The translations under genes were made by a program, and so were the position numbers. From the NCBI GenBank assembly GCA_000320545.1, contig ADNK01000425.1, positions 4,447-68,446 on the forward strand: DNA of 64,000 nt. The letters run 5' to 3'. Positions 51,327-64,000 of the stretch are shown here, in pieces. The notes beneath the pieces are model-generated. The model did not search any database. It was not told the origin of the DNA and saw only the letters and a list, made by a program, of their open reading frames with translations. Origin of the DNA: Bigelowiella natans CCMP2755. Taxonomy: Eukaryota > Protista > Cercozoa. Every line of letters starts with the position of its first letter. Position 1 is the stretch's first letter.

Positions 51327-54232
51327 TTAATTTACTTTGATTTCGGGCATCATCATCTTAGTTTTCCTATTTTTGCCTCCTCCTCCTACATTCTTGCTGG
51401 TGGCGACCACATTTGCACGCCAATGCATAAATTGTCGAGTCTTCCTCTGGTGACAGGGGATGCAAAGAGTTTGGTAGTTCTCCATGCCACATTCTCCACC
51501 TGAACGCGCAACCTCCAAAATGTGGTCTGCCTCCCAGAATAGACCTTCTGTGATTTTTCTCTCATTATCTACCAATCGTTTGAACCTCTTCCTCCCAATT
51601 GCAGAAGGGTTGTACCCCGCTGCATACAACACTTTCTTGCGATCATCGATCCCTACGGAGGAGGAGGAGGAGGAGGAGGAGGAGGTAGGAAAAACGGTCG
51701 TTGGTTCGTCCAGATGGATGATGGTAATGATGATGATGATGATTACGATAAAGCCAGCATCGACACAACCGAATGAGCTACTACTACTTAAGTCTGAATT
51801 TGCACTACTACTACGACTACTACTACTACTACTACATGAATGAAGCAATGATGGCATGTTGATGTATCAATCACCACCTTTAAGTGCCTCAACGAGGTGA
51901 AATAACTTTCGACAATCGGTGTTACAACTCTGGCAGATGCCCTCTTCGAGGTTGGAGAGACGCGCACGCACAAGACTTGAAGTGCCAACACGGAGAGTGT
52001 ATTCTGAGTAGCAATCACGAGAACATAGCATTTCCCTCAATCGCTGAATGTCACTCCTCCTCCTCCCCCTTTGACTCTTCGGCTGCTTGCAACACTGGTG
52101 GGGAGCAGTCGTTGGCAAGCTGTTCTGCAACGGATTTCGACAGTAGAGGCAAAGACGTGTGTTATCGGGAAGCACGATCTGGGATCTTATTACCCCGTTT
52201 GCGAAGACAATCTATGCAGTCATTATAGAATCAACACAGCGACGACGACACAAATTAACAAATTATCTAAGTAGTAGGAACATTTTAGAATTAGATGATG
52301 ATTCTATAAAGATTAGTGGTGGTGATTCATTATCGTAAACTCCATCTCACTGTTGGAATGACAAGCTTATAATTGCCATCATCTTTTTCGCAATTTCGTG
52401 GCTATTCCTCGCCACTTTTGAAACTATAATCACCATTATCACTCAATATTACTTATCACCAATATCATTCATTACTACTTGCTCGATTCTGCCATCCTCA
52501 GGTGCATTTTCGATGAAACTTTGGTGTGATGCCCAACGCCTTTTACTTCCCCCTCCTCCCCCTTTTCGAAATAACGGCTCTTTTGCAAACTTAGCAGCTG
52601 CTACGGAGATAACTTGAATATCCAGAGGTAGGTATAGAACTTTGCCTGTAAGTCTATGCTGCCAAATTGGCTTCAAGCTATCCCACTCCACAACAAACTG
52701 GAACACCAAATTCTTCAATTCTCCCCAGCGACACCGAAGAGAATGTGAAAGTACTGAAGGAATCCATTCTTCCTTAGCAGTGCTTGCCGTATTGCTGCAT
52801 TTTACCAACATTTCTTTGCCCTCGTTATCGCCTGTTACAGAAACAAAACACATTTATTCTGTGATTTGAAACACACCATACACACACACACACATACAAC
52901 ACGTGTATGGATAGTTCGTGTTGTGCGTCGCGTTTAAATGCAAACTTTAATTTGCATATTATTACCAACGGCTTCCTGCTGTTTATCTGCCTCTCCTGCT
53001 GCTCTGGATCTTATTTCCTCAATATTCACGCTCCCAAGGCATCGGTTTCTGCTGTCACACACGTGAAGTCTTCCAGAATGTTGCGATACAACAAATCTAA
53101 TGCAACACTTGCCAGCTCCCGCTGAAGAAGATGATAAGGATGAACCAGGATAATACATAGGAGGAGGAGGAGGAGGAGGAGGAGGAGGAGGATGGTGGTG
53201 GTTGTTTTTACCAAAATCGTTGACTAATATTCTTCTTTTGCATTTGCCTCTCTCCTCCTTGAAGGAGAAGGAGTAGGAAGAGTATCTATTCTTTCCAGTG
53301 TTGTTGTCGTCGTCCTCTTCACCATCATCAACGGCATTTTCTTCCCCGTTATTATAACCATCTTTTTGTATTTGTCCTTCTCCATCACCGTTATTACTAT
53401 CACAAGAGTCTTTGATAGAAGCAGCAACAATATCAACATAATTGACCATGTCCTTGATAGATTGAACGCGGAAATCCTGTGAATCACCACCGTTTGTGCA
53501 CCTTGAGATGTTGGTAGATTTATGTAAGATCTTCCTCCACATGACCTCATCCTTACTCCCACGTGCACAGACGTAATGCATATTACAGACTGCTGCGTGC
53601 TTCTTCTTCTTCTTCTTAATGTGCTGCTGCTGGCAACTGCTGGTGTAACGATGGACACGGTCTTCGGCTTGTACCTTCACACCAAAACACGTACGTAGCA
53701 GCAGGCAGCAGAACAACACCACCCATGTTATTATTATCATTAGTAGAAGTATTTGTGTATCATCAAGTATTATCGATAATGTCCATGAATATTGTGACAA
53801 CTTACAAGCTCCGAAGGCGTCCACATCAGCTCACCAAAAACTACATCAGATGCGATCGATAGGTTTAATCCTGAAATAAGTGAAAAAAGTCATCATGCAC
53901 TTCAACGGTAGCAAGCATTTAGACACGCCGCCCTCTCTCTAAATTATAAAAGGGAAACTAGTACCCCTCCTCGTACTACTCATACTACTAGTACCCGTTC
54001 CCATAGCCTTGATGCTTAGCACTGCAACCCTGGTGACCTCATCATTCTCAAATTTCTTCAGCAGCCGATGCCTAGTGTCTGCTGGAGTGCAACCCTTAAG
54101 GCAAACCTACATACAATTATAACGATAATAATAATTAATAATGATAACAACACTTCAACACACCCAATAACAATTAGATTAATACACCATGCATTCTTTT
54201 TAGTACAGACATACATGTTGACTCTGTGCTAT

Positions 54233-54268
<36 letters not shown>

Positions 54269-54475
54269 GTACCAAGTCCTCCTTTCCTTCTCTATGCTTG
54301 TAGAAGTATGTCCGCAAACAATCACGAATGCGGTCTATCACCGAGATGTGAAACGCAAAAACTACGATTTTTGTATTGGATCTACGCTCTTTCTTATACA
54401 GCAATTTGACTATGTAGCTGACCACAAAAGGGATCTTTGCTATCCCCACTGATTCCCAGTCAGTAAGCATACTAT

Positions 54476-54508
<33 letters not shown>

Positions 54509-56309
54509 AGCAAAGTTGTGGTTGTTGGTGTTCCCACTGGCTGCTTTTGCTTCTCGAACAATGAGCTTGTTCAATGTTGTTGTTGTTGTTGCTGTTGTTA
54601 CTATTGAAACCACCAACACAACTACCATTATCACTGCCAGCACCATCAATTTTCCAATTACTACTATCACAACTAAAAGGAGGACAGTCGCTGTCCATGA
54701 CCACCCGCGACCTCTTGGACATTCTCATCATTGTTCTGTTCTCCTGCCTGTTGGCCCCCTGCTGCTGCTTCTTATTGGGGATGTTTGCGGTAATGTTATT
54801 TTTATCATTATTATCATTATTACTATTACTTTTATTAGGGTTAATAGAAACACGAACTAGGATCCTGTTTTTCACCGGCAGTGAATTTGCCATAACATGC
54901 TGCTTAAGTCGACGGACGAGACACGCGTCGGTGAGAAAATTGTAGAGTTCCGCCAATCGCTCTGGAAGGCCAAGCCCCCACTGCCACTGACTCGTGCCGT
55001 TTGGCAGCCGAAACCAATACTTGGAACAAAAATAGTCACCAAAAGCCTCATGTGTCTTCCAACGCGTTTGGAGTTTGTCCGGGCAGAGAAGAGCGAGTTG
55101 GTAATAGAGATCAATAGGCCTGTCTAGGCAAGGTGTTCCAGATAGCAATAGTACTCGTGGAGGAGAACCAGCCCTCTGTCTTTGCCACCGCTGCTCTAAT
55201 GAGAGCTGTGGTATTGGTAGTTGCCCTATCGTTGTCAAGGGATCCATCACACGTCCGAACTTTTCGCCATCTATTCTCTTATGAGGAAACAAAGCGTCCA
55301 AATCTCCTTTCCTCCGCTGAATCTCTACCATATTTGCACAATAATGTGACAGATGAGTGAGATCATACTGATCGACTCATACTTACTATAACTATCGATT
55401 AAAAGATGCGAACCAGGTAAGAGTCAAATGGATATTTTTTGAGAGTTTTGAACAAATGAATATTTTTTAGTTTCTTTTGCGAGAGAAAGGAAAAGGCTTC
55501 ACTACTTTGATGGTATTTCTTTGAAGCAGGTGAATGACTGCTCGCCCTGGACGGTATGAGCGAACTATCGTCATCAAGAGTAAACTTATCGCGCGGCAAT
55601 CTAACCTGGGGTCATAACGCACATGGATGGGAGGAAGCAGACAGAATAATATTTGTTATGATGAGGACACTGTCTGCAGTTCTCAATCATTCCGTTCCTA
55701 AAAGAGGCTACCAGCTGGAAGATGGCCTTCGTGCGCTCACTCCATCGTTTAAGGTTTTGAGATTCATCTACAATGATGAAACCCCACCCGACTCGGCGAA
55801 TCTCACGCAAACATGAAACTAAGTAATAGTTTAACAATAGTACTCACTAAAACTACTTCTGAGACACGAATCAATCAACGTCTCTAGTCAGTCCTTTCTA
55901 ATGTGAATTGTGCTCTTCTAATAGTCTAGAAATCCCATCAAAAATTTAACAATTCATAAACCTCACTCCCCCATCTTTCCCCTCTTCTTGCCCGCCTCTT
56001 CTAATTGACGTACTAAGCATTCGGTAGCTGATAATGCAGACTCTAACTCCCGGTTCTACTGTATCCGCGTGTGAACTGAAAACTTGAATGTCGTCGGTTG
56101 GATGCAAGTAATGCAACCAAGTCTCAAGCTGAGTAAAAAAGTCGAAGTGAAGTCAACTTATGAAAGCATCGACTCGCTGCTGATAAAGCTTTTCTCACGA
56201 CCTGTTCTGCCCAAGTCTTCCTTACTGAAGCTGGGCATACAATTAACAACGGCCAGTCTGACCTTGGAAGGAAGTATAAATGTATCCACACACATACACA
56301 CACACACAC

Positions 56310-56371
<62 letters not shown>

Positions 56372-57209
56372 TTGTAAATTTACGTTCGTCATCTTGCTGT
56401 AATCATGATGAGTCATGTTAGATGATGAAAATTATGTTTCTTGTGTAACAGACATTCACATTATCCCTGCTAAAAAATTATTCAAGACAAACATAAGTTT
56501 CTACGATAAATTCTATCCGACTACTTATAAATTGACGCCACAGCCAGTGCCTCCAGAGTCTTTCCTAACCCCATATCATCTCCAAGAAGGGCATTTCCAT
56601 TAAACTTTGAGACTATGCGCACGATGCCTATTCGGGAGAGGGAAGAGAATGGGGGAAAATATACGGTTTCCTAATATCGTGAGAAATTTACTATATGCAA
56701 TTAGGTGCCATACAGTTACTAAAATTGTGTGGTTTGAATTTATTTAAAATACTTAAAAGAATGGAGGGAGTAAAGAATACGCAAAACGTATCATAATACC
56801 TTCTAGTTGAAACGAAAATAACGTTCTGAATAGATGGATCTGGAAGATAATGAGCGAAACAGCAAAAAAGAATATCACTAATGCAATAAAAAGTTAAAAG
56901 TATTGACTTAAATACTGGAATCGCATTCTCCGGAAGGCCGTGGGTGTGGAGGACATTCAGCATTTGTTTCCTTGTGTCTTCGAGGTTTTTATTCACTTTG
57001 GATTGAGACTTTCTCTGGATGATTTCGCTCTTTTTTGAAACGAAAGCATGTCCATCCAGCGAACAACCTTCAAAGCCATTATTTGGTTTTCGATCAGTCG
57101 ATCGTCGATATTTATTACCTGGACGGATTCGCTTTCGTCCAGGTGGCTTCTTCGGTGTTCTAGAACAGTATGGCTTCTTCATGGAACTAGCTTCATACTC
57201 GAGTACCAT
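51327..57209 (-). CDS. ZRANB3: ZRANB3-like SNF2 annealing helicase with C-terminal HNH endonuclease
   Basis: LFSFQLEG..ALLGDDMGLGKT, PLLIVCPASVR..W, IIVDESQ, LLLSGTP..RPIDLYYQL, LVRRLK, KIVVFAFHISVID, QAEDRVHR, WEADHILEVARSGGECGMENYQTLCIPCHQRKT. Confidence 0.92.
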
Positions 57210-57992
57210 GTCTTGATCAATTTCCTCTAATCATGCAGTAAAGCGAATATAAATGAGGAGTTTGCGCGGAAAATGGTAAGGAGTCACGGTTTTTTTTTAC
57301 GATGGAATCTTGCAGATTCATCAGGGGCGCAAGCTGTACTCCTTTTGTGGTGCTGTTTCAAACCCCTAGTCGTTGAAAAACGACGCAGGCAAACAGAGCA
57401 ACGAACAGCCTGACAATTATAAGTTGTATTTAGCCAAAGCGTATGTCTTTTCTTTTACAATCATTTCAACATTCTTCTCCAGACCTTCCTCTTCATAGCG
57501 ATGTTCCCGGATCCAGTTCTTTAGTTACAAGCAAAATCGAGGCATATAACGGATGGAACATGGTACACGTACGACTATTGCCAGGCTCACCTCACAAATA
57601 AGGAACAAGGTAGTTTCTCGTGGCTTGCGTGGAATCAGAAGCAGCAGAGAAGGGGAAGGAGAGGAAGGCCTTCTTCCTCACATTGTGGGTAATGAAACGA
57701 CTGTACGTATCAAAAGTATTTTGTTTGTTGTTTTCATCTTTTTAAGTATATTTAGATATTTATGGTTTATTTTATAGCCCATTCACTTGATTTCCGATCA
57801 ATTTTCTCCATCATTGACAAAGAGACAAAAAAAAGCTACTGTGCACATAGCCATCCAGGTTAGGGTTTTAATTGGGGCTTGTTTAGTTACTATATTCGGC
57901 AAATCGGATCCATTTTCACAATGCGACTACTAATAAGAGAGTTAATTAAGTAGGACTTGCTCAGATTCAAGTTAGGTTAGCTGCCGGCAATA

Positions 57993-58826
57993 ATGCCTTC
58001 CAGCAGACCCCTGCCCCTGGTGTACTTTACAATTGCTATTTTCTTTGCAACTGCAACTGTTCTACTTATTTCCAACAATGATATTGGAAGTGCGCTTGGT
58101 CTCTCAGCAATAAGAAGTGAAATTAAGGCGCACGCATGGAAGGGAACGCATGTATGCAAGACAGTAAAGACTCAGAAATTTGGAAGCCTATATCGTCTCG
58201 CGGACTATGCAAGGCTGAACAGGCTGAAAGCTAAGCAGTATGACACTGAGGAAGAGCGATTAAAGAACTTTGTGCTCCCAGAAGGAGAAGAAAGGCTTAA
58301 AGTATGGAAACTTTTGGGAAATCTAAGCGATCTGGTTTGACTTGATATAACTGCAGAGTGATCTCCGTGCCACGGCTGAGGAGAGAATCCGGGATGTAAT
58401 TGGAGAATTGAAAGAAGAAACTGTAAGTAAATTAATATGGTAAAGTATCTCCTGAGATGGCACATGGAGCGAGTGAAAAAATGAATGATGTCTCTCCTCA
58501 GGATGGTGATATACTAACCCCGGAAGGATTCCAGAAGCTAAGGGAAAGGATTAAGCAGTAATTCACTTCATAACATTTCTCAACCCTGTCAAAATCTAAT
58601 CTGTGATATATCACTAGGGAGTCCAAAGAACTTCTAAATAGATCTTTTGACGAAGCCAAGACGAATGTATACTTTTCTGTAGTTTCTATCTGGAGAACAC
58701 TAATTCATCTGCATGCAATTAGCTTCGGAATGAATTCAACGAAAAGCTGGATGCAATTGAAGAACAACGAAGGTGGGTACTTTTTGACATACCAAATACT
58801 CCAATACTTATAAAACACACACGCAA

Positions 58827-58874
<48 letters not shown>

Positions 58875-60124
58875 TGTGAGTGTGTGCTCACACATACATA
58901 TGTTGTCATTTGTGATCCCTGGCAGGGATCAAAGACAGAAAAACTTAGAATGGATCGAAAAGCAGAAGTTGAAGGTCATCTTAAATGTAGAAAATGAGGA
59001 GGAAATGTGAACAGTGCGCTAACAATAAAAGATCATGAAGGACAAATTGAAAAATATCATGGAGGACAAATTGAAACCGGCGATCATGTTTTTTTGGCTC
59101 ATACATATTACCTTACAAGGATGATGAAGAGCTGGATCGGTTGTATCGGGAGAAAATAGAACCTTTGAAAAAAGATCGAGAAGAAATACAAGTACACGAC
59201 CTTCATCATTAATTATAGAGATCCGATAGTTTCCCCTATTCTTTGACAAACGAAAACACACATATTGTCAGGAATTAGTTGAAGAATTACGCGAAGAACA
59301 AGAGTCAGCATCTCGAAATGTTGGATTATTCTTCCAAAATCTATACGGTCCAAACAGCACTCCAAGGAAGGATAAGGTGATTGCATCACTAAACTGCTTT
59401 GGATTCGTCTCCCGCGCATCCACACAATTAATAAGGATGAAAAGAGAACTTTTATTTTTCTGTCCACCAGTATTTTGTTTGGTGATGCTGTTCACTTTGC
59501 TCTCAGGCAGTAAGGCCCCAATCGGTAGAGACAGGAAAATTGAAATTTTTAGAGGAGAATGCTTCAGATCCCAAGGAACTGGGGAAGGTCAGCAATAATC
59601 AGTGGATTTTCAGATATTGTAGAATCCTTTCCTCAAAAAGAGTCCTCTCATGACAATCGAATTAAACATCTTTCCGTTAACGTAGGCTACTCGAACAGCT
59701 ATTGAAGATCTTCAGGTGGTTGGTGGTGTTAGCCCCTAAAATCCAAACTAAATTTCAAAGTTTAATTTTGACCTGTTGTGTTTTCGGTAGACCCAAGCTG
59801 AAGAACAAGCATTGCCATTTAAGCGAGGAGCATATTCTATCGTTGCTGCTGTCATTCTTATCAACGGTTGATTCATTTTGTACACTTTTTAATGTTCACG
59901 CCCGGCTTCTCTCTACATCTTTTTCTTTCTTCTGATCTTGACTTCTGGTCGTTGTGCCCGACCTATTTTCTCTTTAAAGATATACCCACATCAATTTCTC
60001 TTTCTTTTTCTCTCCTTATCGCTCTACTTTGTTTCTTTCTTCCCTAATGCGTGTCTCCCTGTTTATATATGTACCTGTTTGCGTCTGTCTACATGTGCGT
60101 GTGCGTGTGTGTGTGCGTGTGTGC

Positions 60125-60162
<38 letters not shown>

Positions 60163-60362
60163 TGTGTGCCCATTTAAGTGCAGAATCTTGGTGTTTGTAC
60201 TTGAGCATTTATGGAAGTTTTAACATAGAAAGATGCCATGCACGCACGTATGTATAAATCACATATACAGGGAGAGAAAAAAAAAAGATGGTATTGTATT
60301 CATTCTCAATACTTTCATATTCAGGTTTCAAATGGCTCTCAGAACACAATCCATTTAATTAA
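57993..60362 (+). CDS. Coiled-coil protein with bipartite plastid-type leader and C-terminal hydrophobic segments; many exons
   Basis: MPSSRPLPLVYFTIAIFFATATVLL plus a basic transit-like region; exons DGDILTPEGFQKLRERIK, LRNEFNEKLDAIEEQR, DDEELDRLYREKIEPLKK, ELVEELREEQES, GAYSIVAAVIL, FKWLSEHNPFN. Confidence 0.6.
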
Positions 60363-60429
60363 AATGAACATGAAAATATCGGAACGGGATCTACTGTGAT
60401 CCAAATATTTTTATCAAGGCGTTGCTTGA

Positions 60430-61900
60430 TTCATCAGCTCTAGAGCCTAGACACATGCGCGGCCTGCCCGCAGCAGCATTGCAATGACCATGCTGATGTA
60501 GCAGTTTGGCCGGGAAGGATGCACATTCATTGGGACAGCAACTTCATGTCCAAGTCAAGAAGTGTCAACGTGCATGCATGCAAGGTCTAGAGGTCTGCCA
60601 GAGGTGTGTGCGTGTGTGTGTACGTGTGTGTGTACGTGTGTGTGTACGTGTGTGTGTGTGTGTGTGTGTGCAATGGACAAAGAGGTAGCAATCTGCTACA
60701 TGAGCAATACACACTACTAGACTACTAGACTAGCTAGCTAGCACAGCGGATTCCATGCTAGCATGTTCATCGTTGCCTTTGAGACCATCATCATGCTGCG
60801 TGCATGCAACTTTGACTGTGAACGTGTGCGCACACCTGGCTAGACACGTCTGAAAGAAAGAAAGACAATGATGAAAAACTGCACCTGCTGCTGACAAACT
60901 CAAGCAGTGAAGGTTCGCATCACGCAGCGCATGCGACGTGCACCAGAAACCAATGAGTGCCTTCTCGCTTTGCTAGCTTTGATCTAGCTAGTGATTTTGC
61001 CACTCTCTAGCTCTTTTTTAGTTTGTCAACCTCAAGTCTGCGTTCAGAGCGCTTTCGACTGAGCGAATCACGTGCTTGACAGCTTGACAGCTGTTTCTTG
61101 TCTGGTTTTGGTGTTTTGGTGATGATGTCGTTTTCATTGAATCCGAGAAGTCGGTCGCACTGCTAGATGGACTGCGCACAGCAAAGACAAAGACAACGAT
61201 GAAAAACAACGTTTCCAAAGTGCAGCAAGACACTTGCAATGCACGAAACGCACAGCCTCGAACTGACTCCAGTGAGGACCAACTGGTGAAGACCAGCAGG
61301 ATTTTGAAGTCGGCACACTAGCTGCTCCAAGCTAGCTTGCTAGCAAGTGTGACTAGCAGCAGCCATGAAACAATGAAACAATGATGATGAACTGCGTTTC
61401 CAAAATGTTGCAAGACATTTGCAGTGTGCGAAACGCAGTGTTTCGAACCAGCTTCTTCAGTGAGGAGGTCTGACTGGAGAAACCAAGAGGAATTTGTGTG
61501 CATGCATTCCAGCATTCTCATGCTGCGAACTACGAGTTGAAATCATGAAACAATGAAACAATGATGACAAACCACATTTCCAAAATCTTGCAAGACGTTT
61601 GCAGTGTGCGAAACGCAGTGCCTCGAACTGACTAGCTTTGGCAAGGTCCAACAAGTGAAACCAGAAGGAATCAAGAATGGCATTGTGGCCATCGAGGAGC
61701 TTGAAGATCTCATTTTAGGACTGAGAGATCTCCTAGGAGTAGGGGATCTTCTTCTCCGATCTCTTGAATCGTCACGCCTGCGTTCTTTCGAACGTTTGCC
61801 ATCCGCAGCATCGTCGCATCGACGATCCTCTCATCGATCTCTCTCGTTAGTGACATTCACTAAACTTTGCTAATCATAGATCTAGTCGCATTGTGCCTAT
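60430..61900. other. TpA-depleted, CTAG-sparing block
   Basis: Hand count: 60781-61710 has 13 TpA, of which 11 are in CTAG, 1 in TTAG and 1 in CTAC. Confidence 0.9.
61185..61640. repeat. Three diverged copies of a ~90-bp core spaced about 180-185 bp apart
   Basis: ..atgat..aac....tttccaaa.t...gcaagac..ttgca.tg..cgaaacgca..g..tcgaac at about 61190, 61375 and 61555. Confidence 0.85.
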
Positions 61901-62253
61901 TTGTGGCCATTTTGCCTGTTGCATGTACTCGGTACAAGTACGTCGTACACTACGTGTTTGTTAGGAGTAAGTAGCCGCATAGTACCCTACTCCATGACGA
62001 CAAACAAAAGGCTAATTATCCAAAGTGATCCAGAAATGGTTTATGTTAATAATGAATGCTATTTTGTAGAAGCGACAGACATCATGTTATGTCGCAAGGG
62101 GTGTATACGATATTCCAAGCACGAGGAACTCGGATGGCGGGACTATGTGTTTTCTTGTTTGTTAATTAGGCAAGGCATTAGTAGATGCATTCCAATTAAT
62201 GCAGATCAGACTGGAACACGCTGCTACTACATTCACGATCTACAAGTGATAAA

Positions 62254-62673
62254 ATGCGTTGTTGGATCTCGAGAATGTGGCCCAGGAGGCCCAAAAGGAG
62301 GACAGAGGGGCTATTATTTCATCAGAAGGGATTGGAGAAAATTCTACAGCTAGCGCAAAGTGGTGACGATGAAAATTTAAAAAGGATGATCTGCCCCCAA
62401 AATCACGGAACATTCGCAGATGGTGAGAAATTATGCTTCGAGGAGAAAAACAAATTGACAGGTGCAATAAATAAGACAACTGAGAAAATAAGATTGGAAG
62501 TAAAGCAGCCAAAATTAAAGTTGACAATTATGCTCGATTACACTCATCCTTCACCTACCTAGGAGCACACGACGTTCCCAGCAGCAGCTGTATCCGAGAG
62601 TGTCGCCGTCGGCTGAAGATGATGATACCATCAGTGATGATGATGTCCCCCTACTATCCCAATACTACTCGTG

Positions 62674-62705
<32 letters not shown>

Positions 62706-64000
62706 GAGAACAATCTTCCAACACAAAGACGCTATCTTTCAAATTCAAATTGGAAGGGAGGGGAGAAGGAATCCTCATCCTCAAAACCGATGCCAGAGAG
62801 AATTCTCAAACCTACGGGTCTGCAACTGTGGCGACTATTCATTGTCAGTGCAGTGCCATTCATAGGATTCGGGTAAGTAATAATCACTGCTCACCTGATA
62901 ATAACGTTATAATTGTTCATGGTCATCATAGATTCGCAGATAATTTCATCATGATCGTAGCTGGCGACGCGATAGACAATTCGATTGGTCTTAAAATGGG
63001 CCTCTCGACACTTGCAGCGGTAGTATCTAATATGAAGTTCTCTCTTTCTCTCTTTCTCTCTCTCTCTGTTTGTGTGAAGTGAGCGTGTGGGGGGAGGGAG
63101 ATACTGGCAACGACGTGCTTGTAGTTGAACAAATGCTATTATGTTGATCTAACCATATTATGGTGTGTTGTCTGATTGTTTAATGGCATCATATCGGCAT
63201 GATGACCTGGATGCTACTATATCACATAACAACAATTATCCCAAGTGTCAATCATATACTATACTCCTTCTCTCGCTCGATTAGGCTGGAATTGGGAATC
63301 TAATTAGCGATGTATGTGGTATTGGCTTGGGAGAGGTGATCGATCGGCGGTTAAATCCTTGCTAAATCTGATGTGTGAGGCGGTGTATTTTTAAAGCAAG
63401 TACCAACATATTTTAAGTTACGTGATGATCATCATCATCATTATCATTATCATCCTTTTCAGCTCGTTGAAAGTTGGAGTTATCGTTTGGGTCTGAAGGA
63501 TCCGAGGTTATGGTCCTCTCCATTGTAGGAGAAGATAGAGAGAAAGAAAGAGAGAAAGAAAGAAAAAGGGGGGTTGAAAAGAAGAAATGAATTGGACTAT
63601 AGTTTGCTGTTGCTTTGATTCTAACCAAAGAAAAGAAGGCAACGAAGTTTTTATATTGAAACTTAACATGACCATCACCGTCGTCATGATGTCTATTAAT
63701 ACTCCTTCTAACCAGATTTACTTAACAAATCAAAGCAATTCAAAATATTCTACACAATATTTTCTCTCCCTTTCAGGCTAACACCAGAGCAACAATCAAT
63801 GCGAAAATCCAGATGGGTTAAGTCAATAGCCTGCATTCTAGGAATATCTATAGGGTCAGTAGTAGTGAAATAAAGAAGAGATTAGTACTGGTTGTTCCTG
63901 GGGGGTCTGGTGGGCAATTTGTTTCAATATTGGTTGATGTTCATAAGGAAGAAGAGGAGGAGGAGGAGATACTCCTGGCTCAAAATACTGGCACAAACAC
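62254..64000 (+). CDS. TMEM65: TMEM65-like mitochondrial membrane protein; probably runs off the window end
   Basis: LFIVSAVPFIGFG-FADNFIMIVAGDAIDNSIGLKMGLSTLAA-AGIGNLISDVCGIGLG..LGLKDP-LTPEQ..GISIG; Arg-rich N-terminus MRCWISRMWPRRPKRR. Confidence 0.88.

Noticed and set aside
51327-51600. HNH motif as a homing endonuclease or mobile element
   Set aside because: It is the normal C-terminal domain of ZRANB3, collinear with the SNF2 exons on the same strand
57300-57780. Possible small extra gene or 5' exons between ZRANB3 and the 57993 gene
   Set aside because: Only short exon-like fragments; no consistent spliced frame could be built
57858-57870. ggttagggtttt telomere-like motif
   Set aside because: Single unit, expected by chance
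60430-61900. CpG-methylation decay or RIP as the cause of TG/CA richness
   Set aside because: CpG remains abundant (cgcgcg runs) and TpA is lost; both processes would deplete CpG/CpA and leave or raise TpA
61901-62353. 150-aa + ORF upstream of TMEM65
   Set aside because: Overlaps the more plausible TMEM65 first exon in another frame; no recognisable family

Overview
Eukaryotic nuclear DNA: gene-dense, AT-rich, with many short GT-AG introns and abundant microsatellites. Several proteins carry signal-plus-transit-type leaders and there is a MOC1-type plastid resolvase, so the source is probably an alga with a secondary plastid (chlorarachniophyte-like; inference). I reconstructed about 20 genes by hand, including PP2C, an SDR, a NEK kinase, WDR83/MORG1, a MOC1-like resolvase, an ACL4-like TPR protein, a P4H-like protein, an EF-hand protein, CYRI/FAM49, a tandem MazG-like pyrophosphatase, a PPPDE peptidase, a ZC2HC-type zinc-finger protein, ZRANB3 and TMEM65. 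Exon boundaries are approximate. The most striking feature is architectural. Genes alternate strand almost perfectly as head-to-head pairs. Every 3' (tail-to-tail) junction holds a 0.4-1.5 kb block rich in TG/CA/CG; in the three strongest blocks TpA is nearly absent except inside CTAG. This suggests a locus-targeted TpA->TpG/CpA mutational or base-modification system acting at transcription-termination zones. Promoter-side junctions instead carry a short dispersed SINE-like repeat, one copy interrupted by a PIF/Harbinger-type MITE.
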